From positions 12,205-76,204 of IMG/VR virus record IMGVR_UViG_2228664000_000024: a stretch of 64,000 bases of DNA, one strand, 5' to 3'. The DNA comes from a virus. Lineage: Duplodnaviria; Heunggongvirae; Uroviricota; Caudoviricetes; Schitoviridae. Made by a program: the position numbers and the translations under genes. The notes under the pieces are model-generated. The model was given only the letters and a program-made list of their open reading frames with translations. It was not told where the DNA came from and did no database searches. This document shows positions 28,609 through 36,495 of this stretch, piece after piece (the stretch's first letter is position 1; each line of letters opens with the position of its first letter).

Positions 28609-28920
28609 ATGGTAATAATCCGTGATGTGATTCGATATCATCCATCAGGTACTAAGTTAATAGCTGAAGCTAAAGTAACTGAAGAAGAGTTCAATAAGAT
28701 CAGAACTCTATTCCTGATTGGTAATAAAGAACCAGTGGAACTGGTGACCAGTATCTATTGGTATGACGGTGGTTATCCACCTAAGCCAGTGTATATGGTA
28801 TGTCCTCAAGATTGGCGTGGTCAGCTAATAGGGGATGACTATGTAGTCAATAACAAAGAACCGCGTAAGTGGTTATTTGAATATAAACCAGTAAAGGATA
28901 CTGGCGGGGCTGCTATATGA
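28609..28920 (+). CDS. Hypothetical protein (103 aa)
   Basis: RBS GGGAG. Confidence 0.5.
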   Translation: MVIIRDVIRYHPSGTKLIAEAKVTEEEFNKIRTLFLIGNKEPVELVTSIYWYDGGYPPKPVYMVCPQDWRGQLIGDDYVVNNKEPRKWLFEYKPVKDTGGAAI

Positions 28921-29210
28921 GAGTTGGTAACGCATCAATGGCAACGCCATCTAAGTTTTACACTAAATTAACTGAAGACGAGTTAATGAAACTTAAGACT
29001 AAAGCTTTACTTACTGGTGATTCATTTACCAATGATGACTACCAAAGTTTCCTTGTTACATTACCAACATGGACAAGCAAAGGTAAACCTGAAAAGTCTA
29101 ACTGCTTAAAGTTTCAGACTCGTTCTGTTCATCTCATTTATGTGGATGACAATTCATACTCAACCAAACCAGGAGTAATGGAAAAGTGGATAATCAGAAT
29201 ATACCATTAG
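28917..29210 (+). CDS. Hypothetical protein (97 aa)
   Basis: ATGA overlap. Confidence 0.45.
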   Translation: MRVGNASMATPSKFYTKLTEDELMKLKTKALLTGDSFTNDDYQSFLVTLPTWTSKGKPEKSNCLKFQTRSVHLIYVDDNSYSTKPGVMEKWIIRIYH

Positions 29211-29527
29211 ACGTTGTAGAGATATTACGTTGGGAAGCCACCACAAGGCAATTTGACCGTATAGGTTATGTGCTTCCAGATGTAATGGAAAACCTCAAAA
29301 CTCGTGTAATGCTTACACCCAATTTTACATGGACAGGTGATATCATTATTGATATTCGCATGTTCGAATTGGGGCCGGGTAGACTAGTCGGAGAACTCAT
29401 GTTCAAAGTAGATATACCGGGCATTAAATGTAAAACCATACTGCTCAGTGTCCGTTTAACCAAGCAAATGCTTCAGGGTAAGGAACCCTATGTTAAAACG
29501 GAGGCAACAATTAAAGGATTCGGTTAA
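29186..29527 (+). CDS. Hypothetical protein (113 aa; start uncertain, GTG at 29186 or a later ATG)
   Basis: ORF from the track; overlaps the upstream gene. Confidence 0.4.
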   Translation: MDNQNIPLDVVEILRWEATTRQFDRIGYVLPDVMENLKTRVMLTPNFTWTGDIIIDIRMFELGPGRLVGELMFKVDIPGIKCKTILLSVRLTKQMLQGKEPYVKTEATIKGFG

Positions 29528-29787
29528 TGGCTACAATAAAAAGAAAAGGCACTAATGTGTTTACTGCTACGTTTGATAGCTCACTATTAACCAATAACGG
29601 TGGATCTTTACTAATTGATTTGGAAATTAGTAAATGGGGTTCTAAAGCATTTAGTGATGGTTTTCTATTTAGTCGTTATCACTTTAAGTTCAACCTTGAG
29701 CAAGAGTTAACTTTGCAAGTAAAAACCAAACTTTTGTTAGGTGCAACAGTACGTATAACTGTACCTGCAACATACGAAGATTGGTAA
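29527..29787 (+). CDS. Hypothetical protein (86 aa)
   Basis: RBS AAGGA; TAATG overlap. Confidence 0.45.
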   Translation: MATIKRKGTNVFTATFDSSLLTNNGGSLLIDLEISKWGSKAFSDGFLFSRYHFKFNLEQELTLQVKTKLLLGATVRITVPATYEDW

Positions 29788-29803
29788 ACGTGCATAGCAC
29801 GTT
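29787..29803 (+). promoter_or_regulatory. Conserved hairpin, class ATA (AACGTGC-ata-GCACGTT)
   Basis: 7-bp stem, 3-nt loop. Abuts the upstream stop codon. Ends 2 nt before ATG 29806, which has no RBS. Confidence 0.45.
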
Positions 29804-29805
29804 AA

Positions 29806-30150
29806 ATGACTAATAATACTCTGGTTTCAGGGCTGCTGAAGCCAGGGTTCAACTCTAAGGATTGTTGTATGCCAACTATGAATATTGATCATGCTCAGAC
29901 TAATCTGCGCTGGTGTAAGCGTGCGTGGATGGACGGAGAAATGCGTGATCTGGCATTGTTCCTGTTCCACAAAGGTATGTCTCAATTAATTATGTCCGAC
30001 CTGGCTTTAGAGACTCAGGTTGAAGTCGCTGCCTCTATTCTGGGGCGTGAAGCATTCGAAGACCTCTCTGCGTTTAGTGAAGAGGTCAACGGCTGTCCTC
30101 TGCAATATGCTGCATGGCGTGACCGTGTTAGCTGCTTAATCATCTGTTAG
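29806..30150 (+). CDS. Hypothetical protein (114 aa), no recognizable SD
   Basis: ORF from the track; start 2 nt after the hairpin. Confidence 0.4.
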   Translation: MTNNTLVSGLLKPGFNSKDCCMPTMNIDHAQTNLRWCKRAWMDGEMRDLALFLFHKGMSQLIMSDLALETQVEVAASILGREAFEDLSAFSEEVNGCPLQYAAWRDRVSCLIIC

Positions 30151-30151
30151 A

Positions 30152-30168
30152 AACGCGCATAGCGCGTT
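30152..30168 (+). promoter_or_regulatory. Conserved hairpin, class ATA (AACGCGC-ata-GCGCGTT)
   Basis: 7-bp stem, 3-nt loop; begins 1 nt after stop 30150; flank GTTATGTGCAA. Confidence 0.45.
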
Positions 30169-30240
30169 ATGTGCAATTAAGGGCATGTTAAGCCCACATT
30201 CTGTTATTAATCATCTACTCATCTTTAAGAGGTATATATC

Positions 30241-30525
30241 ATGGCTTTCACTCGTACTCCTTCTGCAAACAACGCTCCTGCTGACAACGCTGCTAAGAAC
30301 AAAGTTGGCGGCTATCTGAACATCAACATTCTGACCCGTGACGGTTCCCGTAAACGTCTGGGCGGCTCTGGTATTGCTCTGCGTGAAAACCACCCGGTTG
30401 AAGGCGCGATTCTGGCTCTGATTCGTTCAAATCCAGAGAAGCTGCAAGACCTGGTTGGCCGTATTGAGCTGACCTTTGGCGAAGCTCACAAAGAAGGCGA
30501 ATTCGTCGATCTGGGCATCGAATAA
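30241..30525 (+). CDS. Small abundantly expressed protein (94 aa), monocistronic unit; candidate early DNA-binding/activator protein
   Basis: Strong RBS TAAGAGGT. Bracketed by the hairpin at 30152 and a terminator at 30535. Gly/Arg-rich. Confidence 0.5.
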   Translation: MAFTRTPSANNAPADNAAKNKVGGYLNINILTRDGSRKRLGGSGIALRENHPVEGAILALIRSNPEKLQDLVGRIELTFGEAHKEGEFVDLGIE

Positions 30526-30534
30526 TCCAACCAA

Positions 30535-30558
30535 GCCAACCTTCGGGTTGGCTTTTTT
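30535..30558 (+). terminator. Intrinsic terminator GCCAACC-ttcg-GGTTGGC plus TTTTTT
   Basis: UUCG tetraloop plus U-tract. Confidence 0.8.
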
Positions 30559-30570
30559 ATTGAGGTATGT

Positions 30571-30735
30571 ATGGAAAAGATCTCTGTAACACCAACCAAA
30601 TGGGCAGTAGTCGTAGGTTACGTTGAGTATCACGCTGGGCGTCAGTTCCCGTGGTTAGGGCGTCATGGCTGTGCCATCAGCTTCTTCGTTACCGAGGATG
30701 AAGCTACTCAGTTCGCTATCACAGGTAATCTGTAA
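30571..30735 (+). CDS. Small hypothetical protein (54 aa)
   Basis: RBS GAGGT. Confidence 0.35.
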   Translation: MEKISVTPTKWAVVVGYVEYHAGRQFPWLGRHGCAISFFVTEDEATQFAITGNL

Positions 30736-31022
30736 TGGGTGACGAATACAACAGTGAGTATCCACAGATACCACCTACGCATTTACGCTGCAAAGTAGAT
30801 AAATGTGTAGCCCTCAAACTCGATCCACGATTCGACAAAATCGTTCGTACCAAGATGCTGTTAGGCATCACTAAAAGTATCAAATTACGGGGCCATATCC
30901 CGTATAGAACTGCATCAATCAAACCAGAACGTATTACATCAGAGCTTGAATTCTCTGGCTTCAAGGCCAGTGCAGAATACAGAGGCTCTGGTACATGGGT
31001 GATTAACGTAAGGAGAAAGTAA
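30735..31022 (+). CDS. Hypothetical protein (95 aa)
   Basis: TAATG overlap on both sides. Confidence 0.45.
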   Translation: MGDEYNSEYPQIPPTHLRCKVDKCVALKLDPRFDKIVRTKMLLGITKSIKLRGHIPYRTASIKPERITSELEFSGFKASAEYRGSGTWVINVRRK

Positions 31023-32002
31023 TGCACCATTGGCTCGCTAAGGAAGAATTGCAACTCATCAATGAACGTCAGTTCAACCGTAAGCATATCGATGGCTATA
31101 TCCGTGCAGAACTCTTCGAAGGCCAGGAGAACCTCTGGCCTGAAGTAGCACAGGGCGTAGAGCTATTGAATCAATGGATGGATCAGCAGTTCTATGACAG
31201 CAAAGCTGTTCGTATCAGTCACTTAAGACAACTGGACTTAGAGAAGCTCGTTGTCGAGATATTCGTAGGTGTGTGCTACGTACAGGAGGAAACACCACTG
31301 GTCAACGTCATTGGTCAACTGGCTTCACGTATCGGCTTTGACGATAAGCGTGACAGCATTCAGACCATTGCCGAAGTGCTGGCTGTGCTGTGTGAAACTG
31401 ATGTTTATGACATCAGCAAACCACACCCTAAAGCCAGTCTGTATATCAAATCGAACATCACCTTTGATGAGAGATTAAGCAATTTCATTGCATACTCATG
31501 CTATTTACCGCCGCTGGTTTGTGAACCTCGTGAACTGGTAAATAACCGTTCAACCGCTTATTACACGCACGAATCAGATAGCCTGATTCTGGGTGGAGGA
31601 TTTAACCATCATGACGGAAACATCTGCCTTGATGTACTTAATTCACGCAATCGTGTTCCTCTTTCCCTGGACGTGCAATTCCTTTGCACAGTGGAAGAAG
31701 AACCAACTCACGATCTCGATGTTATTGACTCTGACGAGGATCTCAGTGACTGGCAAATAGCCGATATGGTACGCAAACAGAAGCAAAACTGGGCGCGTTA
31801 CAAAGAGCAGTCGTACTACTTCTACAGCCTGATGGTGAACCAGGGTAATAGGTTCTACATCAGCAACAAGGTAGACAAACGCGGGCGCATGTACGCCTGT
31901 GGCTACCACATCACCCCACAGGGAACCAGCTTCAAGAAAGCGATGATTAACTTTGCCGATCAAGAGCAAGTAACAGGTGTCCCTGCACAATTCAGAAAAT
32001 GA
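31022..32002 (+). CDS. Phage RNA polymerase II, N-terminal-type subunit (T7-like RNAP promoter-binding/DxxGR region)
   Basis: DKRGRMYACGYHITPQGT matches T7 RNAP DWRGRVYA...NPQGN. Followed by the palm-domain subunit. Confidence 0.7.
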   Translation: MHHWLAKEELQLINERQFNRKHIDGYIRAELFEGQENLWPEVAQGVELLNQWMDQQFYDSKAVRISHLRQLDLEKLVVEIFVGVCYVQEETPLVNVIGQLASRIGFDDKRDSIQTIAEVLAVLCETDVYDISKPHPKASLYIKSNITFDERLSNFIAYSCYLPPLVCEPRELVNNRSTAYYTHESDSLILGGGFNHHDGNICLDVLNSRNRVPLSLDVQFLCTVEEEPTHDLDVIDSDEDLSDWQIADMVRKQKQNWARYKEQSYYFYSLMVNQGNRFYISNKVDKRGRMYACGYHITPQGTSFKKAMINFADQEQVTGVPAQFRK

Positions 32003-32014
32003 GAGGAATAACTT

Positions 32015-33289
32015 ATGCAACATACTATCAATTTCGGTACTGGCTTCCAGAGATTCTCCGGCTGGGAATATCTCTGCATCGACGTAGCCAACCATTATGG
32101 GCTGGATAAAGAACTATTCAATACCCGCATTCAGTGGGTGTATGACCACATCGATAACCTGGAAACATTGGCAGATGATGCCGATGAACCAGTGCTGTTC
32201 AAGAAAGCTGTTATGACCCTTCGCCGTGCTCAGCACGGTGAGGCTGTAGGCCATGTAGTTCACTTCGATGCCTGCTGCTCTGGTATCCAGATTATGTCTG
32301 CACTTACTGGCTGTGAAGCTGGTGCATACAACACTGGTATGGTTGACCCGGATCAGCGTATGGATGCGTACAGCAACACCACTGGCGAGATGAACAAGAT
32401 TCTGCAAACCAAAGGGTTAGCAAGTATCACTGTTCCTCGTGGTGATGTTAAACAAGCCGTAATGACTTCAGGCTATGGCTCCAAAGCTGTACCTAAGAAG
32501 GTATTCGGTGAAGGTGAGATGCTGGACGTGTTCTACGATGCAGCTATGACCATCGCTCCGGGCGCATTTAAGCTCATGGATGAACTTCTGGAATCATGGC
32601 GTCCATTTGCCTTAGAACACCGTCTGGTGGCTCCTGATGGCTTCACAGCCGTCATTAAGGTAATGGAAACCAAGGAAACCAGAATTGAAGTGGATGAACT
32701 CGACCATGCAACGTTTACGCTGCAATACCGTGTGAACGAAGGTACAGAGCGTGGACGTGCTAACGTAGCGAATACCATTCACTTCTGTGATGCGTATCTC
32801 CTGCGTGGCATTGAGCGTCGTTGCAACTACGATCCAGTGGTTGTAAGCAATGCTCAGGAAGTCCTGCGTATGGCTGCTCTGGGCTATTCCTGCGGTAATA
32901 CGCAGATGGCTTGCACTGACGAACTCAGTGAACTACTGCCACTGTGCATTCGCTCTCACATCGCTGATGTGGCGCTTCTGCCATTGCTGCGTTGGGATAA
33001 CGTCATGTGTCTGCCTAAGTGGATGGTGCATAAGCTGCTGTCTATCGTTAACGATATGCTGTCTTACAAGCCATTCCCTATTCTGACTGTCCATGATGCC
33101 TTCGGTGCTCATGCCAATAACTGTGACCTCACTCGTTACTGGTACAAAGAGATCATGGCCGATATGGCTGATTCCAACCTGCTGGAAATGCTGATGTGCC
33201 AGCTTTACCAAATCACTGACGGTAAGTATGAAAAGCTCAGCCCAAATCTGGGAGATAAAATCAGGAACTCAAACTATGCGCTTTCTTAA
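32015..33289 (+). CDS. Phage RNA polymerase II, catalytic (palm) subunit, T7-like
   Basis: Motif A HFDACCSGIQIMSAL (T7 DGSCSGIQHFSAM). Motif B KQAVMTSGYGS. Motif C HDAFGAH (T7 HDSFGTH). Confidence 0.75.
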   Translation: MQHTINFGTGFQRFSGWEYLCIDVANHYGLDKELFNTRIQWVYDHIDNLETLADDADEPVLFKKAVMTLRRAQHGEAVGHVVHFDACCSGIQIMSALTGCEAGAYNTGMVDPDQRMDAYSNTTGEMNKILQTKGLASITVPRGDVKQAVMTSGYGSKAVPKKVFGEGEMLDVFYDAAMTIAPGAFKLMDELLESWRPFALEHRLVAPDGFTAVIKVMETKETRIEVDELDHATFTLQYRVNEGTERGRANVANTIHFCDAYLLRGIERRCNYDPVVVSNAQEVLRMAALGYSCGNTQMACTDELSELLPLCIRSHIADVALLPLLRWDNVMCLPKWMVHKLLSIVNDMLSYKPFPILTVHDAFGAHANNCDLTRYWYKEIMADMADSNLLEMLMCQLYQITDGKYEKLSPNLGDKIRNSNYALS

Positions 33290-33473
33290 GATCTGGTGGC
33301 ACAAACGTCAAGCCAGAAAAGCACGTATAGCATTCTACAACCTTACCTATATGTACCAGTGCGGGATAGATGTAATCAACACTGTGACAGGGGGTGAATA
33401 CAACCGTCTGGTTAATGTCTACAACAAGCACATTCTCTGGCTTAAAGAGCATGACCCAAAGTATCCGAAATAA
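33276..33473 (+). CDS. Small hypothetical protein (65 aa)
   Basis: RBS AGGAA; overlaps the RNAP gene end. Confidence 0.35.
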   Translation: MRFLKIWWHKRQARKARIAFYNLTYMYQCGIDVINTVTGGEYNRLVNVYNKHILWLKEHDPKYPK

Positions 33474-33479
33474 CCACCA

Positions 33480-33502
33480 GCCACCCTTCGGGGTGGCTTT
33501 TT
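33480..33502 (+). terminator. Intrinsic terminator GCCACCC-ttcg-GGGTGGC plus TTTTT
   Basis: UUCG tetraloop plus U-tract. Confidence 0.8.
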
Positions 33503-33516
33503 CATTTGGAGATCCT

Positions 33517-33771
33517 ATGAAACTACTGCACTCGCTGCCTTACACAAAGGACGGAGTAGTCCATCCAGTAGGCAGAATGACTGTACCTAAATCACTGGTT
33601 TCAACTATGAAAGCCAGTCTGTTATGTGGTATGCCAGAGGTTGAACTCAGACTTACGCCTGACATTATTAAATCTCAAGGTATGCCAGTTCACTTACCTA
33701 CGTTGGGCGTAGTTGGTGTAGCTGTATACGCTGATGGTGACGACCGGGTAGTGAAACTCTACCAGGAGTAA
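33517..33771 (+). CDS. Hypothetical protein (84 aa)
   Basis: RBS GGAGA. Confidence 0.45.
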   Translation: MKLLHSLPYTKDGVVHPVGRMTVPKSLVSTMKASLLCGMPEVELRLTPDIIKSQGMPVHLPTLGVVGVAVYADGDDRVVKLYQE

Positions 33772-33773
33772 CT

Positions 33774-34016
33774 ATGGCTGCATTCGAAGGCTACCAGGTC
33801 TTCCGAGATAAGATGACCGCTGTTTACACAACAAAAGAGATGTACGATCAGTTCATGACTAAGAAGCTCTTAGGCGTGAAAGTGATAAATCTTAGAGGAA
33901 CCTTAATGGAAGATGCTACGCATGTAATCGACTTCAAAGAACATGGAGTGATTGAAGCCAAAGCATCTTACTTTGACTTTGACAGAACCCAACGTATTAC
34001 GCTTAAACTTAAATGA
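33774..34016 (+). CDS. Hypothetical protein (80 aa)
   Basis: RBS AGGAGT. Confidence 0.45.
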   Translation: MAAFEGYQVFRDKMTAVYTTKEMYDQFMTKKLLGVKVINLRGTLMEDATHVIDFKEHGVIEAKASYFDFDRTQRITLKLK

Positions 34017-34030
34017 CGCACTCCGTGCGT
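34016..34030 (+). promoter_or_regulatory. Conserved hairpin, class GGA (ACGCAC-tcc-GTGCGT)
   Basis: 6-bp stem, 3-nt loop. Same flanking consensus as 27409. Followed by a second hairpin GACGC-tttc-GCGTC (34041-34054) and a terminator. Confidence 0.45.
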
Positions 34031-34083
34031 TGAGTGAGTTGACGCTTTCGCGTCTGTATAACTTAATTTTCTCATTTCTGAAG

Positions 34084-34116
34084 GGCTATCCTATTTATTG
34101 GGATAGCCTATTTTTT
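34084..34116 (+). terminator. Intrinsic terminator GGCTATCC-(9 nt)-GGATAGCC plus TTTTTT
   Basis: 8-bp stem plus U-tract; likely end of the early transcription unit. Confidence 0.7.
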
Positions 34117-34260
34117 ATACTTCAGAGACTTCTAAGACAGTCATGTACATAGTTCTAGAACTTCTATAGAAGTTTTATACCTATATGCTAGACAGTCAAA
34201 AATCGACACTTTTGACTTTACCCTACCTAAACCCTAAATCCACTTATCTATAGGCTAAAA

Positions 34261-34497
34261 ATGAACGCAATAACCTTCATTGCTATGGTCGGTGCTGTCT
34301 GGTTCGGACTCGGCTGGACACTCGGATCTGGCGCTAAAAAACGACTGATGCACCGTCTTGAAAATACACCTGACGCACTTGTAGCTTTAAGTCTAGCCTT
34401 ACAAGTAAACCAGATTAACCAAGCACGAAAGGTATATCTCCTTAAGTGCATAGTCTGTTTAATCGTAGGTGTATTGGCACATCTGGTCGTGAGGTAG
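34261..34497 (+). CDS. Small membrane protein (78 aa, 2 TM)
   Basis: Two hydrophobic helices. Confidence 0.45.
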   Translation: MNAITFIAMVGAVWFGLGWTLGSGAKKRLMHRLENTPDALVALSLALQVNQINQARKVYLLKCIVCLIVGVLAHLVVR

Positions 34498-34499
34498 TT

Positions 34500-34727
34500 A
34501 TGGACTACAAACTGTTTACTTACGTGTTAGCTGTAATGGCTTTTCTCTGCTTCCTAAATGCAGCGGATTACTGGGAAGATTATCGCCGTTATTACTGGCA
34601 ATTCACTTCCCAGGCTCAAGCCAGGTATGGGAGACACATCCGTCGCAATGCAGTGCTCTGTGTACTGTGGGGTGTCTTTTGGGCAGCTATTGCAGCTATT
34701 TGTTGGTTTATTCCACAAGGAACTTAA
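34500..34727 (+). CDS. Small membrane protein (75 aa, 2 TM)
   Basis: RBS GAGGT; hydrophobic helices. Confidence 0.45.
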   Translation: MDYKLFTYVLAVMAFLCFLNAADYWEDYRRYYWQFTSQAQARYGRHIRRNAVLCVLWGVFWAAIAAICWFIPQGT

Positions 34728-34728
34728 C

Positions 34729-35346
34729 ATGCAACTTACTAAAGATATGGAACTGAAAGTTCGCCGTGCATTAATGCAATACAGTGAATATCAGGTAGCC
34801 AATATGTATGGCCTTCGTGTAGGCACGGTACGTGCTATCAAGGTGCAGATGGAAGAAGAACGTCAAGTTCCGATTAACTTCTCTGCCGGTAGATCTCAAC
34901 TGGATCTGTACCGTGAACTAACGGCTACTGGCCGTAAGCAGGAAACTCCCCTGGAAATGGGATTACGTCTTCATGAGGATCTGTTTAAGTCCCATAACCT
35001 TGCGTTAGACAAGGTGCATAAAGCAGCCTCTGATGCGGATTACGCTGGTTTAGAAGGCCGTGTAATGGCTGGCTTCTTCACGCCTAACGGCTTGCCTACG
35101 CCAGCCTTCTGGGGCTTTATAAGCCAGTATGTGAAGAAGTCCGGGCATACCATGCTGGACATTCTGCACGACAATGAAATCTACGCTCCAGAGCAATTAG
35201 AACGTGCTCTGGATATCGACTCACAAATTCAAGACATGACACAGGCTCAGCGTATTGCTTTGCTACGTCGTCTTTCTGCTGCGGTATATTCAGATGAATT
35301 CAAAGATCCAACCGATCCCGGTTCCGATGTTCAGGACAGCGAATAA
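34729..35346 (+). CDS. Hypothetical protein with helix-turn-helix-like segment (205 aa)
   Basis: RBS AAGGAA; EYQVANMYGLRVGTVRAIK is HTH-like. Confidence 0.4.
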   Translation: MQLTKDMELKVRRALMQYSEYQVANMYGLRVGTVRAIKVQMEEERQVPINFSAGRSQLDLYRELTATGRKQETPLEMGLRLHEDLFKSHNLALDKVHKAASDADYAGLEGRVMAGFFTPNGLPTPAFWGFISQYVKKSGHTMLDILHDNEIYAPEQLERALDIDSQIQDMTQAQRIALLRRLSAAVYSDEFKDPTDPGSDVQDSE

Positions 35347-35353
35347 CCTCAAT

Positions 35354-35632
35354 GAGGCTATGTCCGAAATCAAGCAGCATACGTATCCGTATGATCCCAA
35401 TACTATTCACTCACTGGTGATGATGTACCACAACACACTACTGAGCGAACTCAAAAAAGAAGGCCGTCTGGTTAACATTTATATCGTTAAACCAGGTGAT
35501 AGCCTTTACTCGATTGCAGAAACCTACACAGGTATCGGAGAGAACTGGAAGATCCTGGCTGAAATGAATGATGTGGATCCACCAGATCTCATCTATCCAA
35601 ACCAGGTATTGAAGATTCCTGCTGATTGGTAG
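35354..35632 (+). CDS. LysM domain protein (about 92 aa; alternative start at 35321)
   Basis: C-terminal YIVKPGDSLYSIAETYTG...NQVLKIP matches the LysM pattern. Confidence 0.6.
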   Translation, partial: EAMSEIKQHTYPYDPNTIHSLVMMYHNTLLSELKKEGRLVNIYIVKPGDSLYSIAETYTGIGENWKILAEMNDVDPPDLIYPNQVLKIPADW

Positions 35633-35646
35633 TGGCCTCCGGCCAC
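35632..35646 (+). promoter_or_regulatory. Hairpin GTGGCC-tcc-GGCCAC (class GGA-like loop, divergent flanks)
   Basis: 6-bp GC stem, TCC loop, directly after the stop codon. Confidence 0.3.
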
Positions 35647-35693
35647 CATGTGGCTTGCTGATCTCACCACTTCGTGAGTAAGCGGAGAAAACT

Positions 35694-35930
35694 ATGGAAC
35701 ATGTAATTGAACATCCTCATCACAATGCGACTAAGACAGTCACGATTGAGCCTGTAAAGCTCAAACCTGGCTTAGCTTACCGTATTCGAATCACCTCTCA
35801 GAATTATTCTGGAAGAACCTCTATGTACTCTGAACAGAACATTGAGTTGATTCTATTTGAGGAAGAACTGGACGGGCTTATTACTGCCCTCAATAAAGCC
35901 AAAATGGCTAAGTTATTAGGGGTTAAGTAA
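35694..35930 (+). CDS. Hypothetical protein (78 aa)
   Basis: RBS GGAGAAA. Confidence 0.45.
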   Translation: MEHVIEHPHHNATKTVTIEPVKLKPGLAYRIRITSQNYSGRTSMYSEQNIELILFEEELDGLITALNKAKMAKLLGVK

Positions 35931-36292
35931 TGCCACCCAGTAAGAATCATCCCCATCCTGATCGTCGTCAGGAGATCTGCAATCGCATTATGCAACGTGT
36001 AGATATCCGTGACTGCGGTTATCGAGTTAATGGTGTTGTATCCCCTTGTCACGTATGGACTGGCCCCACTTCGGGCGAAGGACGAGGCGGAGGCTATGGG
36101 CGTATTAGCATCAACAGTCAGACGTGCGCTACCCACATCGTTATGGCTACCCACTATTTCGGTTATATCCCCGGCAATAAGCAGGTAGACCATAAGTGTC
36201 GTAATCGCTTGTGTTGTAATCCTGAGCATCTCGAACTGGTAAGCCAGAAAGAGAATTGCCGTCGTCGTGACAAAGCCCTAAAGGAGAAGTAA
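35930..36292 (+). CDS. HNH endonuclease (free-standing, homing-type)
   Basis: CHVWTG...GYGRI...HKCRNRLCCNPEHLELVSQKEN: His-Asn-His with a Cys4 zinc site. Confidence 0.75.
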   Translation: MPPSKNHPHPDRRQEICNRIMQRVDIRDCGYRVNGVVSPCHVWTGPTSGEGRGGGYGRISINSQTCATHIVMATHYFGYIPGNKQVDHKCRNRLCCNPEHLELVSQKENCRRRDKALKEK

Positions 36293-36495
36293 TGAATAAG
36301 TATTTCAAACTCTACCTGTACGCAGTAATCATATTGCTCGTATCGGGTGTGTTATACGGTGGCTTGCTGCCGTCAATGGTATCGGCTAACGATACTATCC
36401 TCGTGTTCATCGGCATTGCTGGTGCTCTGGTGTGGCCTGCTCTGGTGGTCACTTTTGTCTATCGTCAATTTAAGAAGAAATTTAAAAATGCGTAA
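36292..36495 (+). CDS. Small membrane protein (67 aa, 2 TM)
   Basis: RBS AAGGAGAAG; hydrophobic helices. Confidence 0.45.
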   Translation: MNKYFKLYLYAVIILLVSGVLYGGLLPSMVSANDTILVFIGIAGALVWPALVVTFVYRQFKKKFKNA

